The position numbers were made by a program, and so were the translations under genes. From positions 310,001 to 374,000 of the forward strand of contig NIVC01000146.1 of assembly GCA_002269645.1 (NCBI GenBank): a stretch of 64,000 nt of DNA, read 5' to 3'. Below are positions 1 to 19,025 of this stretch, one piece after another (within the stretch, counting starts at the first letter, position 1; the number at the start of each line of letters is the position of its first letter). The notes under the pieces were generated by a model that saw nothing but the letters and a program-made list of their open reading frames with translations, made no database searches and was not told the DNA's origin. The stretch is from Macrostomum lignano (Eukaryota).

Positions 1-834
1 CTCTTGAACTAATTTCCCAGAGCTAAAATTTCTGCTCTTTGTTGTTGAAACAGACTTTATATTAGCAATTCTTTTGCTCAAGAATGTGCTAGCCATTCCT
101 AAACTAACTGAAGTTGGTTTCATATCTATTAGCATATATAGCTAACATTGGTTCTATATCTATCCTATGCTACTTACTGCTTTATTCTTTTTTTACTATT
201 TATCTATGGCTAAACCTTCATAGCTTATAAATAATGATTCATCAATACTTAGCAAAAGTAACAATGTGGTTTCTGATCCATTTTTTCTAAAAATTATCTG
301 CAATTTCTCTATTAGGGTTTTGATTCAATTTTCTTCAAAAATTATAAGGGGAGGGGCAGTTGCTTATAGGAGGGAGTGGGTTTTAAAAAGAAAAGACCTA
401 AAGAAAGTAAAAAAAGCAAAAATGTGCTTGCCCCCCCTTTGTTTTTTTAGATCTGCCTAAAAGGGGAAGCAACTGCCTCTCCCCCTGCCCCCTAGTTATA
501 CAACTACTACTAAATAGTTATTGTTCTATTATGTTTTTATGATATTTTTATATACTTTTTTACAATCTTCATAAGACTATAATTTGTATATAGGGTAATG
601 ACATGTTTAGAAATTTTTATTGGAATATATAAACCATAAAGCTAAGTCTATAAAGGCACTATATAGACAAATTCAAAGCTTCATAGCAATTAGATAGTAA
701 ATATTATTAATATCTATACAAAACTTTAAAAAAATTTCTTTTACTTGATTCTCTATTTTAAAAGCAAAAGAATCATTAAAATTTAAGAGGTTATATAAAA
801 AAGATACATTATTCGGTCTGATCTCTGTATGTGC

Positions 835-3120
835 AAGGAGCCTATGACTGTCATGCCCCTCTGTGTGCCATGAGCCTATGACTCATCCTACTGATTCTGC
901 CTGTCTTCTCTGTGTGCCATGAGCCTATGACTGTCATCCTACTGATTCTGCCTGGCCCCTCTGTGTGCCATGAGCCTATGACTGTCATCCTACTGATTCT
1001 GCCTGTCTTCTCTGTGTGCCATGAGCCTATGACTGTCATCCTACTGATTCTGCCTGGCCCCTCTGTGTGCCATGAGCCTATGACTGTCATCCTACTGATT
1101 CTGCCTGGCCCCTCTGTGTGCCATGAGCCTATGACTGTCATCCTACTGATTCTGCCTGTCTTCTCTGTGTGCCATGAGCCTATGACTGTCATCCTACTGA
1201 TTCTGCCTGTCTTCTCTGTGTGCCATGAGCCTATGACTGTCATCCTACTGATTCTGCCTGGCCCCTCTGTGTGCCATAAGCCTATGACTGTCATCCTACT
1301 AATTCTGCCTGGCCCCTCTGTGTGCCATGAGCCTATGACTATCATCCTACTGATTCTGCCTGTCTTCTCTATGTGCCATGAGCCTATGACTGTCATCCTA
1401 CTGATTATTCCTGTCTTCTCTGTGTGCCATGAGCCTATGACTGTCATCCTACTGATTCTGCCTGTCTTCTCTGTGTGCCATGAGCCTATGACTGTCATCC
1501 TACTGATTCTGCCTGTCTTCTCTGTGTGCCATGAGCCTATGACTGTCATCCTACTGATTCTGTCTGTCTTCTCTGTGTGCCATGAGCCTATGACTGTCAT
1601 CCTACTGATTCTGCCTGGCCCCTCTGTGTGCCATAAGCCTATGACTGTCATCCTACTGATTCTGCCTGGCCCCTCTGTGTGCCATGAGCCTATGACTGTC
1701 ATCCTACTGATTCTGCCTGTCTTCTCTGTGTGCCATGAGCCTATGACTGTCATCCTACTGATTCTGCCTGGCCCCTCTGTGTGCCATGAGCCTATGACTG
1801 TCATCCTACTGATTCTGTCTGTCTTCTTTGTGTGCCATAAGCCTATGACTGTCATCCTACTGATTCTGCCTGGCCCCTCTGTGTGCCATGAGCCTATGAC
1901 TGTCATCCTACTGATTCTGCCTGTCTTCTCTGTGTGCCATGAGCCTATGACTGTCATCCTACTGGTTCTGCCTGTCTTCTCTGTGTGCCATGAGCCTATG
2001 ACTGTCATCCTACTGATTCTTCCTGTCTTCTCTGTGTGCCATGAGCCTATGACTGTCATCCTACTGATTCTGTCTGTCTTCTCTGTGTGCCATGAACCTA
2101 TGACTGTCATCCTACTGATTCTGCCTGTCTTCTCTGTGTGCCATGAGCCTATGACTGTCATCCTACTGATTCTGCCTGGCCCCTCTGTGTGCCATGAGCC
2201 TATGACTGTCATCCTACTGATTCTGTCTGTCTTCTCTGTGTGCCATGAGCCTATGACTGTCATCCTACTGATTCTGCCTGTCTTCTCTGTGTGCCATGAG
2301 CCTATGACTGTCATCCTACTGATTCTGCCTGTCTTCTCTGTGTGCCATGAGCCTATGACTGTCATCCTACTGATTCTGCCTGTCTTCTCTGTGTGCCATG
2401 AGCCTATGACTGTCATCCTACTGATTCTTCCTGTCTTCTCTGTGTGCCATGAGCCTATGACTGTCATCCTACTGATTCTGTCTGTCTTCTCTGTGTGCCA
2501 TGAGCCTATGACTGTCATCCTACTGATTCTGCCTGGCCCCTCTGTGTGCCATGAGCCTATGACTGTCATCCTACTGATTCTGCCTGGCCCCTCTGTGTGC
2601 CATGAGCCTATGACTGTCATCCTACTGATTCTGTCTGTCTTCTCTGTGTGCCATGAGCCTATGACTGTCATCCTACTGATTCTGCCTGTCTTCTCTGTGT
2701 GCCATGAGCCTATGACTGTCATCCTACTGATTCTGTCTGTCTTCTTTGTGTGCCATGAGCCTATGACTGTCATCCTACTGATTCTTCCTGTCTTCTCTGT
2801 GTGCCATGAGCCTATGACTGTCATCCTACTGATTCTTCCTGTCTTCTCTGTGTGCCATGGGCCTATGACTTCATCCTACTGATTCTTCCTGTCTTCTCTG
2901 TGTGCCATGAGCCTATGACTGTCATCCTACTGATTCTTCCTGTCTTCTCTGTGTGCCATGAGCCTATGACTGTCATCCTACTGATTCTGCCTGGCCCCTC
3001 TGTGTGCCATCGGGCTATGACTGTAATGCGGTAGGAATCGGTAGGATGACAGTCATAGGCTCATATCACATATTGGGGTCATGCCATGAACCTATGACTG
3101 TCATGCCCCCTCTGTTTGCT
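835..3120. repeat. 51-bp minisatellite, ~42 copies, two interspersed variants
   Basis: Unit ccatgagcctatgactgtcatcctactgattctgcct(gtctt/ggccc)ctctgtgtg. Confidence 0.97.
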
Positions 3121-4223
3121 ATGAGCCTATTACTGTCATCCTACCTGTCTGTCTGTATTCTACCTTTCATTCGTAAAACAGTTCTATTTTTGTTTTGTCA
3201 GTTAATTTAAATCAACATTTAGCAATGTAGTTTAAGTGCTAGTGCTCCATTGCAGTTGTACTTTTTTATTCGCGGAATTGGGTCAGCGCTATTGCACCGA
3301 CAATGCCACACGGTGACCCGTTACTGCCCCATAGTGCCGCTAGATTGGGCCAAAGTCACTTATTATCAGTTAGTATTTTGATAATCTTTTGTGTGGGTGG
3401 GTCGGCCGCTGTCAGCACCGGTAACCCCTTCATTTCCTAATTTAAATCTTTCAAACCACTTCTGCATTATTTGAGTACTGCTGTCAGTTAAAGTTCTGCT
3501 ATTTTGTATGCAATCTTTCTTTCATCTATCTTTTTCAGCATCTCATTTCCTCCCATCATTGTCAATTGTCAAGACAAGCCCACTTAGCTCTCTATTCTGT
3601 TTGCAAGCACTCTGGCCATTTTCCAAACTAAGACATTAAAGACTTCCATTTATACCCTTCGGCTCTGATTCAATGCAGTATTTAGAAATATTGCTTGCAG
3701 CAATAGGCTAGTTTATGCAGAGTGCTTATAATAGTATTAAAGACAAGAGGGCAGGCAGACAGAGGGAGAGACTTAGCAGCCAGTCCGCCTGCGGTGCGGG
3801 ACAGGAAAGCAGCCGATTTCTTCTGCCATAAAGTCGTGCACAGATCCACTGGCGGTCGGGGGGGGGGGTTGCAGCCTTCTGCGAGACCAGAAACCTTCGT
3901 ACCCCCCGCCTCTCTGTCTGTCTGCCACAGTCCTATGCACTGGCCGTACCGCTACCTATGCTGCGTTGTGTTCCGACAGTTCGTGTCGCAGACCCCCCGC
4001 CTCCCCTCTCTCCCTTATTAGTCTTCCATCTGCAGGGCCCAGTGTACAGGGTTGGTCCTCTCTCACTGACTATATATATATATAAATACTATATTAAGCA
4101 AATTTATTCTCGACGTTTCACCTTTTCAGACTATTCAGTTCGTATAGCAATAAGCCTTGCAAGCTTTTAAAAGGCTCTGCGCTCTCATCTTAGTAAGGGT
4201 AATAAATTATTAGTAACAAGTAG

Positions 4224-10930
<6,707 letters not shown>

Positions 10931-11649
10931 TTGGCTTCACTTGGCAGCCGCGCTGAAAGCGAAAAAGCAACTGAACTGTGAGCAAAGCCGTTGCCATGGC
11001 AACCGCACCGCATCCACCTGTATCATACACGTTATTTCGATTCAAACAAATCTTCTGATCGTTGCTTTTTCTATCTGTTTCTTGTTTGTGCTTCTTCCAA
11101 AAATTGGACTATTGAGTCTCGTCTAATGAAACCTTGAAACTGTTTTTTTGCTTTCTCTGTAACAGAGTTCAGATTTTATTAGAGAAAGAGAGAAGAGTGG
11201 CCTGTGGCTCTAGTGTATAAAATATGGTTTCATGATTGCCTTGCTTTTAATAATTTTTTTAGATTGTTTATTTGCAATTTGTTTAAACTGGCAATTGTTG
11301 CTATTTGTTTTTGCCCCGATCGCGCGCTCTCCTCATTCACTCTCAGTACCTCTGATTGAAAGGTTCAATTCGCTTTCTGACTTGCTTTCTGTATCAATAT
11401 TCGCTTATTAGTCTTTGCTAGCTCAGCATTAGCACGCGTGTACTGTAAATATAAATATTTTTCAATCATGTGCAAAATGATTGAAGACTCACTTTCATTT
11501 TCAATTCATCTTTGTTTTTATTGCCGTAGAAGTTTTACTGCGTTATGTTGCTGACAACCGGCACAAGTTGAAACTCCTCATTACCTCATGGGAATATTGG
11601 ACCGTTTGATTTATGGGGAATTAATGTCTAGTGAATTTACTAGCTGGGT

Positions 11650-11910
11650 CTATGGGACTATAGGAGCTATAAATCTATAGGATGTAGTAGATCTTGGGAC
11701 CATAGGGTCTATAAATCTATAAGATCTATTAGATCTATGGGACTATAGGATCTATAAATCTATAAGATACATTAGATCTAAAGGACGATAGAATCTATGA
11801 GATCTATTAGATGTATGGGACTATAGGATCTATAAATCTAAAGGATCTATTAGATCTAAGTGACTATATGATCTATAAATCCCATAGGATCTGGGGATCT
11901 ATTAGATCTA
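11650..11910. repeat. Degenerate ~43-bp repeat
   Basis: gggactataggatctataaatctataagatctattagatct variants. Confidence 0.75.
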
Positions 11911-12639
11911 GAGGGACCATGTGACCTGTGTTTCTATCAGATCTAAGGTTTGGCTCTCATCAAACTATTTTTATTAATTTCGCACAGGTTCAGTGCAGTT
12001 CGTCACTTCTATAAATTGCTAGGCAGGCCAGGCCCCATATTGATTATTAATAGCTTCTACAATACTTACGGAGCCTAGTTTCCTATTCTGCATAGTAACT
12101 AACTAGCTCGTACTGTGAAGTTTCTAAATGAAGTAGACCACCCGCCCCTAACAGACAGAAAAATGTGGTGAGCGCATGTGGCGTTTATTTCAGGTATTTC
12201 CGTCACAGCCCCCCCCCCACCCCTACGTGTGTAGTCTGTCTACACTACCACGCCCTGTCTCTGTCTCTCAACTCTGCCCTCCTCTGTTTGTACGCTTCGC
12301 CGCGTACATGGCGCTGATCACGTGATGAAATGAGTTGCTTTTTTTACTCGTAATAAATTTACAATGAACCTTAGTAGCAGAAACAGAAGATAGCTTCAGT
12401 GTGATGGTTTTCGAAGTTTCCAACTTATTTTGGGGTCACTAAATATGTATTCTCTGTACTGCATTCTGTTGTGCTTGTAAATTTCTGAATCTCTGCGCTC
12501 AGTCTAAGTAGTGTTAACTTAAATTGCGCTTTTAATAATGGTCACACGCTTCAGTATTCTGCTTTTATATTTATAATAATGCGCTTTCTGTGTGTTTGGC
12601 GACCTGCTTATCTAACTTGACTACTTCTCTGCCTTGTCT

Positions 12640-13110
12640 AATGTCTACTTCTCTTATCTCTGTTTAGCTGTCTAATTCTCTTTTCTACTTTGTCTACTTC
12701 TCTCTTCTCTTCTCTCTAAATATCTACGTCTCTTCTCTCTTCTCTAGCCTGTCTACTCCTCTACCCTGTCTACTTCTCTACTCTGTCTACTTCTCTACCC
12801 TGTCTACTTCTCTACCCTGTCTACTCCTCTACCCTGTCTACTCCTCTACCCTGTCTACTCTACCCTGTCTACTTCTCTACCCTGTCTACTTCTTTTCTGT
12901 ACCTGTCTAATGTCTACCTCTCTTCTCTACTTTGTCTACTTCTCTCTTCTCCTCTCTCTAACTGTCTACGTCTCTTCTCTCTTCTCTACCTTGTTTACTT
13001 CTCTCCTCTCTTTAGCTGTCTACTTCTCTTCTCTACGGCCTGTCTACTTCTCTCCTCTTCTCTCTAGCTGTCCACTCCTCTTCTCTACCTTGCCTACTTC
13101 TCTAAAATTT
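12640..13110. repeat. CT-rich low-complexity tract with 16-bp unit
   Basis: ctctaccctgtctact repeats. Confidence 0.8.
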
Positions 13111-13913
13111 CTGCATCTTTTCAACGCGTGTCCCTGTTTTGCACTTTTAACTATGAGCCTACCTCTAACACTCGGGCCCTCTCCAACTGACTAGCCAAGC
13201 TCGGCATGGGCTGCTATGCTTCCACAGCAAATACATTTTCACACACCGCGCCTGCTGCGCATGTAAGTTGCTCTAATCGGATTGGTTCTCTACAGACATA
13301 AATATTACTTCATTTTAACCATATAAAATTATTTTAGTATAACTGATAAATTGATTGTATTTTATCACGATTAGCTTGAGTGTCTGTCAAAAAAATATTT
13401 AGATGTTTTCACTTTTAGACAAAGTTCAACCAGCACTTTGTAAGCCACTGATGTAATGCTTAAAATATTGTATTCGTGATTATTATAATTCAACATCCGC
13501 TCTGTTTTGCTGCGCGCGTCTTTAATTCAATTTTTGGAGCTTATTTGCACCACAGCAAATTCACTTCTCATTGTGTGTGTGGTGTTGCTATGCGCGTATT
13601 CCACATCGTGTTGCGGTAATTGACTCGCAATCACTTTGCATTCGTTATTCATGCGATCAAATATACGAGTAGTAAATTTTTACCGCCGGCTTGTATTATT
13701 GTTTTTATTAACACTGCTATGCTCTCTATTTCGCTCAATTTCTATCATGTAATCCACTTTGCCTGTGCGCCTCGTCTGTTCCCCCAGTGTTAAATGAGCG
13801 GTGATAATCAGTAGCGAAACTCTGCTACCATAGACAAACCAACGAGATGGATGGACATGGATAGCGGAAATAAGGCGTTATATTTAGGTCGCACATGCCG
13901 TGGATTACATACA

Positions 13914-14010
13914 AAGAATCGTCTAATACTAGGAGATGAGCCATAGACAGTATCTCGACGCTTCGCTCGGAGATTCTGTATGACTCATCTCCTCGTATCA
14001 GACGATTCTT
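13914..14010. other. 97-nt imperfect fold-back (~42-bp arms, ~13-nt loop)
   Basis: Left arm aagaatcgtctaatactaggagatgagccata pairs with right arm tatgactcatctcctcgtatcagacgattctt with 3 mismatches, plus an inner stem atctc/gagat. Confidence 0.8.
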
Positions 14011-14059
14011 GTTTATTTTTTGGGCGAGATCAGGTTAGATTAATGTGAGATTGTCTATC

Positions 14060-14330
14060 GGGTGAGATTATCATCATCATCATCATCATTATTAGCATCA
14101 TCAACATTATCATTATCATTATCATCATCATCATCATCACTTCCGTAGCAAGTATAACAGTTGGTGCACCCATTTCTCGACAGCGACTCTCCAACACCTC
14201 CGTCTTTTGATCAGATCCACAAACCCTTCCACCTCATTTCCGCGGATTCTTGTCGCTTCTTTTTTAATCAAATCGTTGCTTTCCAGGAAATGCCCAGCAT
14301 CCTGTAGGTTTTCATATCGAAAGCCTATCT
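14060..14330 (-). mobile_element. 3' fragment of an RTE-like non-LTR retrotransposon with (TGA)n tail
   Basis: Minus-strand broken peptides RMLGISWK and RRRCWRVAVE..* run directly into a (GAT/TGA)n tail (+ strand (ATC)n at 14068-14140). Confidence 0.45.
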
Positions 14331-14384
14331 CGGGGGAGATATGCTTGGGTCCGAGATAGGCTTGGGTTGAGATGTCGTGGGGAG

Positions 14385-15630
14385 AGATATTCTTAGAGTG
14401 AGATCTCGTGAGGAGAGATTTTTTAGGGTGAGATCTCGTGAGGAGAGATTTTCTTAGGGTGAGATCTCGTGAGGAGAGATTTTCTTAGGGTGAGATCTCG
14501 TGAGGAGAGATTTTCTTAGAGTGAGATCTCGTGAGGAGAGATTTTCTTAGGGTGAGATCTCGTGAGGAGAGATTTTCTTAGGGTGAGATCTCGTGAGGAG
14601 AGATTTTCTTAGGGTGAGATCTCGTGAGGAGAGATTTTCTTAGAGTGAGATCTCGTGAGGAGAGATTTTCTTAGAGTGAGATCTCGTGAGGAGAGATTTT
14701 TTTAGGGTGAGATCTCGTGAGGAGAGATTTTCTTAGGGTGAGATCTCGTGAGGAGAGATTTTCTTAGAGTGAGATCTCGTGAGGAGAGATTTTTTTAGGG
14801 TGAGATCTCGTGAGGAGAGATTTTTTTAGGGTGAGATCTCGTGAGGAGAGATTTTCTTAGGGTGAGATCTCGTGAGGAGAGATTTTCTTAGGGTGAGATC
14901 TCGTGAGGAGAGATTTTCTTAGAGTGAGATCTCGTGAGGAGAGATTTTCTTAGGGTGAGATCTCGTGAGGAGAGATTTTCTTAGGGTGAGATCTCGTGAG
15001 GAGAGATTTTCTTAGGGTGAGATCTCGTGAGGAGAGATTTTCTTAGGGTGAGATCTCGTGAGGAGAGATTTTCTTAGAGTGAGATCTCGTGAGGAGAGAT
15101 TTTCTTAGGGTGAGATCTCGTGAGGAGAGATTTTTTTAGGGTGAGATCTCGTGAGGAGAGATTTTCTTAGGGAGAGATCTCGTGAGGAGGGATTTTCTAA
15201 GAGTGAGATCTCGTGAAGAGAGATTTTCTTAGGGTGAGATCTCGTGAGGAGAGATTTTCTTAGGGTGAGATCTCGTGAGGAGAGATTTTTTTAGGGTGAG
15301 ATCTCGTGAGGAAAGATTTTCTTAGGGTGAGATCTCGTGAGGAGAGATTTTCTTAGGTGAGATCTCGTGAGGAGAGATTTTCTTAGGGTGAGATCTCGTG
15401 AGGAGAGATTTTCTTAGGGTGAGATCTCGTGAGGAGAGATTTTCTTAGGGTGAGATCTCGTGAGGAGAGATTTTCTAAGGGTGAGATCTCGTGAGGAGAG
15501 ATTTTCTTAGGGTGAGATCTCGTGAGGAGAGATTTTCTTAGAGTGAGATCTCGTGAGGAGAGATTTTCTTAGGGTGAGATCTCGTGAGGAAAGATTTTTT
15601 TAGGGTGAGATCTCGTGAGGAGAGATATTC
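14385..15630. repeat. 31-bp minisatellite, ~40 copies
   Basis: Unit gagatctcgtgaggagagattttcttagggt. Confidence 0.97.
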
Positions 15631-16424
15631 CTAGAAAGAGATTTTCAAGGTTAAGTTTACCGTAGGAACAATTGGCATAAGGGTCAGAATTCTATTATGT
15701 AAGGTTCTCATAGAATGAGACCTGAGATTTCCACCTTCGGGCATTTGTCGGCAAACATTATCCCTATCCCAATTGCTCCAGTTAAACAGGCAAGCGCAGC
15801 CTGCACAGGGCATGCTGGCTGAAGAAATATTTGATAGCAATGCATGTGCAGTCCCGGCCTTCAGACCCTGGAGTAGGGAAGGTGCGCCAAGACACCTCCC
15901 TGCTTTCCCCTCGCTCGCTCACCCCCACAACCTCCAATCTCGCCCTGTGGCTCCCAAGGCGGCAGATTAAGAGAGAAAGCTTTCTTCCTCAAGCGAAGCA
16001 GCCCCGCTCGCTCGTCTAATCTTCTCAGTCTCTAAGCTCAGTTGGTGGAATGGTTACTGGCAACTATTAGCCATTACATGCGTACTTCTCTTCTCCGATA
16101 TATGGATGCGCTAACCCGTTGTTCTTTGGTATTTTATCGATCTGCAACCTTCATAGCCATTCTTAACCCGAGGCCTTATCTCTATGACCTGTGCTACAAT
16201 GGCCTGTTAACTTCATTGTATTTGTAGTTAGTGTTTATATACAGGTATATTATATCCAACTGTGCTAGCAAGAGATTCTCCGCTATTTTTTCGCTCTCTT
16301 ATCTTGATAGGCTTGATAATTAATTTATCTGGTTGCCAGAGCTATGAGCACGAATCAAAGTTTGTATTGATGGGCATTCAGTATAGAATTCAAAAAATCC
16401 ATTTTTTGTAGCCAAAGCCCCAGT

Positions 16425-16750
16425 CTATCTATCCACTGTCTATGGCCGAACCTCTAGTCTGCCTATCTAACCACTGTCTATGGCCAAACCTCCGTTCTGT
16501 ATATCTATCTATTGTGTATGGCCGAACCCCCAGTCAGCCTATCTAACCACTGTCTATGGCCAAACCTCCGTTCTGTATATCTATCTATTGTGTATGGCCG
16601 AACCCCCAGTCAGCCTATCTAACCACTGTCTATGGCCCAACCTCCAGTCAGCCTATCTATCTGCTGTCTATGGCTGAAACTCCAGTCAGCCTATCTAACC
16701 ACTGTCTATGGCCCAACCTCCAGTCAGCCTATCTATCTGCTGTCTATGGT
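16425..16750. repeat. ~39-bp degenerate minisatellite upstream of MOCS2
   Basis: ctatctaaccactgtctatggcc-aacctccagtcagc variants. Confidence 0.85.
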
Positions 16751-16873
16751 CGAAACCTCAGCCTGCTACATGCAAATGCCTACAGCTTATATAAACCAAG
16801 TACTCTGGTTATATTTCGAATACCAACTGTCACTTTCCAGCCTTGGCAGCCACCCGGAGACCAACTTATAAAA

Positions 16874-18189
16874 ATGAACTTTATCGAGGTGACGCCCGAG
16901 CCGCTAAGCCTGGACCGAATTCACCAGCTGGTTGTGGACCCAACCTGCGGCGCAGTGTGCCACTTTGTTGGTGAGTAGATAAATGAATGCTACTAAATAT
17001 TTCAACTATCCTACTCACAATCCAGCTGAATAGTAGTGCAAACGAGTTTTGTCAATCTTTATTCGGTGCAACGTTTTACAAAAAAACCAGGCACTACTCG
17101 CGACTCGTTCGAAGGCCGGGAGGTGGTGCGACTGGAATACGAAGCCTACGAGGAGATGGCGCGCAAAGAGATGCTGGCCATCTGCCTGCAGGCCAGGCAG
17201 CGGTGGAGCTGCCTGCGGCATTTGGCTATCTATCATCGGACTGGGTGAGCTGGGCTTGGTGTTCTGTATTCAGAGCTACACTTCGGCTCCTTTCTCCCCT
17301 CTCCCTTCTCCCCTCTTCCTTCTCCCCTCTCCCTTCTCCCCTCTTTCTCTTCTCCCCTCTCTCTTCTCCCCTCTGTCCCTTCTCCCCTCTCCCTTCTCCC
17401 CCTCTGTCCCTTCTCCCCTCTTTCTCTTCTCCCCTCTCTCTTCTCCCCTCTGTCCCTTCTCCCCTCTCCCTTCTCCCCCTCTGTCCCTTCTCCCCTCTTT
17501 CTCTTCTCCCCTCTCTCTTCTCCCCTCTGTCCCTTCTCCCCTCTCCCTTCTCCCCCTCTGTCCCTTCTCCCCTCTTTCTCTTCTCCCCTCTCTCTTCTCC
17601 CCTCTCCCTTCTCCCCCTCTGTCCCTTCTCCCCTCTGTCTCTTCTCCCCTATCCCTTCTCCCCCTCCCTTCTCCATTCTCACTCTACCCTTCTCTCCTCT
17701 TCCTTCTCCACCTCTCCTCTCTCCCTACCCCTCTCTTGCCCCGTTATCTGTTTCCATATTTATTATATTTTATTGTTTCTCAATATTTTTTGGCCATCCA
17801 GTGTCTCCTTCTCTCCTTCTGCCTTCGCTCACTCGCGCTCACTCTCCTCTTTTCTGTTTACCCAATCAAGATACTTTGCAATTAGCAAATCGCTCCCATC
17901 CCGCAGCCTGGTGCCCGTTGGCGAGGCCAGCATCATCATAGCCGTGTCGTCTCCGCACCGCTCGGAGGCTATCAAAGCCGTTGAGTTCGCGATCAACGCC
18001 GCCAAAGCCACGGTGCCGGTCTGGAAGAAGGAGATTTACGCAGGCGACCAGCCGCCTCAGTGGAAGGTCAACGCGGAGTGCCAGTGGGCCGGCACTGCCA
18101 CCGCTTCCGCCGGCGCGGACAAGCCGGCGTCTCCCGGCGAGGCCGCCTCCTCTGCAGGCGGCGCCAGACCGGCTAACGGACACGCTTGA
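16874..18189 (+). CDS. MOCS2: Molybdopterin synthase catalytic (large) subunit, MoaE/MOCS2B, ~177 aa
   Basis: Exons 16874-16970, 17091-17244 and 17907-18189 are in frame (534 nt). Motifs: CGAVCHFVG|TTR, LEYEAY, HRTG|[28 protein letters not shown]. The start could extend to the acceptor at 16841. Confidence 0.93.
17288..17725. repeat. CT-rich array in MOCS2 intron 2
   Basis: ccttctcccctct-type repeats. Confidence 0.9.
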
Positions 18190-18430
18190 TTGTCTACCGA
18201 TATGTATCGAAATTATTTCTAACTTCTTGGGACTGTGGGCTTCAATTAGCGAGGATTGAATTGCTGAATGCTCAGGTATGAATTATGTAAGAAATGAGCA
18301 AGTTAAATGACTGGTTGGTGTATTTTTTTATTTTGGTTTTCTAGCAATTTCATGGTGCTCATCCTGTTGCCTTGAATACGTGCAAAACTCGTTTTATAAC
18401 GCGTAAATATGCTCGTATATGTATGTAGAT

Positions 18431-18520
18431 GCCTGTGGCATTTGACTATCTTTCATCGGACTGGGTTGAGTTGGGCTTCATGTCTCCGCATTCCGAGCTA
18501 CCCTCTTGGGCTCCTTTCTC
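18431..18520 (+). pseudogene. Degenerate duplicated fragment of MOCS2 exon 2 3' end and intron 2 start
   Basis: gcctgtggcatttgactatctttcatcggactgggttgagttgggctt matches 17211-17257 with 4 substitutions and 1 insertion, followed by its own CT-rich array. Confidence 0.8.
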
Positions 18521-19025
18521 TCTTCTCCCCTTTCCCCTCTCCTATCTTCCTCTCTGCCTTTCCCTTCTCCCTCCTCCCCTCTTTCCCCCTTCTCCCCTCT
18601 CCCTTTCCCCTCTCTCCTATCTTCCTCTCTCCCTTTCCAATCTCCCTCCTCCCCTCTTTCTCCCTTTTCCTCTCTCCCTTTCCCCTCTCTCCTATCTTCC
18701 TCTCTCCCTTTCCAATCTCCCTCCTCCCCTCTTTCTCCCTTTTCCTCTCTCCCTTTCCCCTCTCTCCTATCTTCCTCTCTCCCTTTCCAATCTCCCTTCT
18801 CCCCTCTTTCTCCCTTTTCCTCTCTCCCTTTCCCCTCTCTCCTATCTTCCTCTCTCCCTTTCCAATCTCCCTTCTCCCCTATTTCTCCCTTTTCCTCTCT
18901 CCCTTTCCCCTCTCTCCTATCTTCCTCTCTCCCTTTCCAATCTCTCTTCTCCCCTCTTTCTCCCTTTTCTTCTCCCTTTCCCCCTCTCCCTCGCTCCTCT
19001 CCCCTCTCTCCCCTCCCTTCTCCCT
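18510..19025. repeat. CT-rich array with ~75-bp higher-order unit
   Basis: Repeating ...ctcctatcttcctctctccctttccaatctcc... block. Confidence 0.85.

Noticed and set aside
851-2882. 657-aa and 656-aa ORFs on both strands
   Set aside because: They arise from a 51-bp (17-codon) unit lacking stops in those frames. There is no unique sequence or splice context.
835-3120. CRISPR-like regularity
   Set aside because: Units are contiguous with no unique spacers, there are no cas genes, and the context is eukaryotic.
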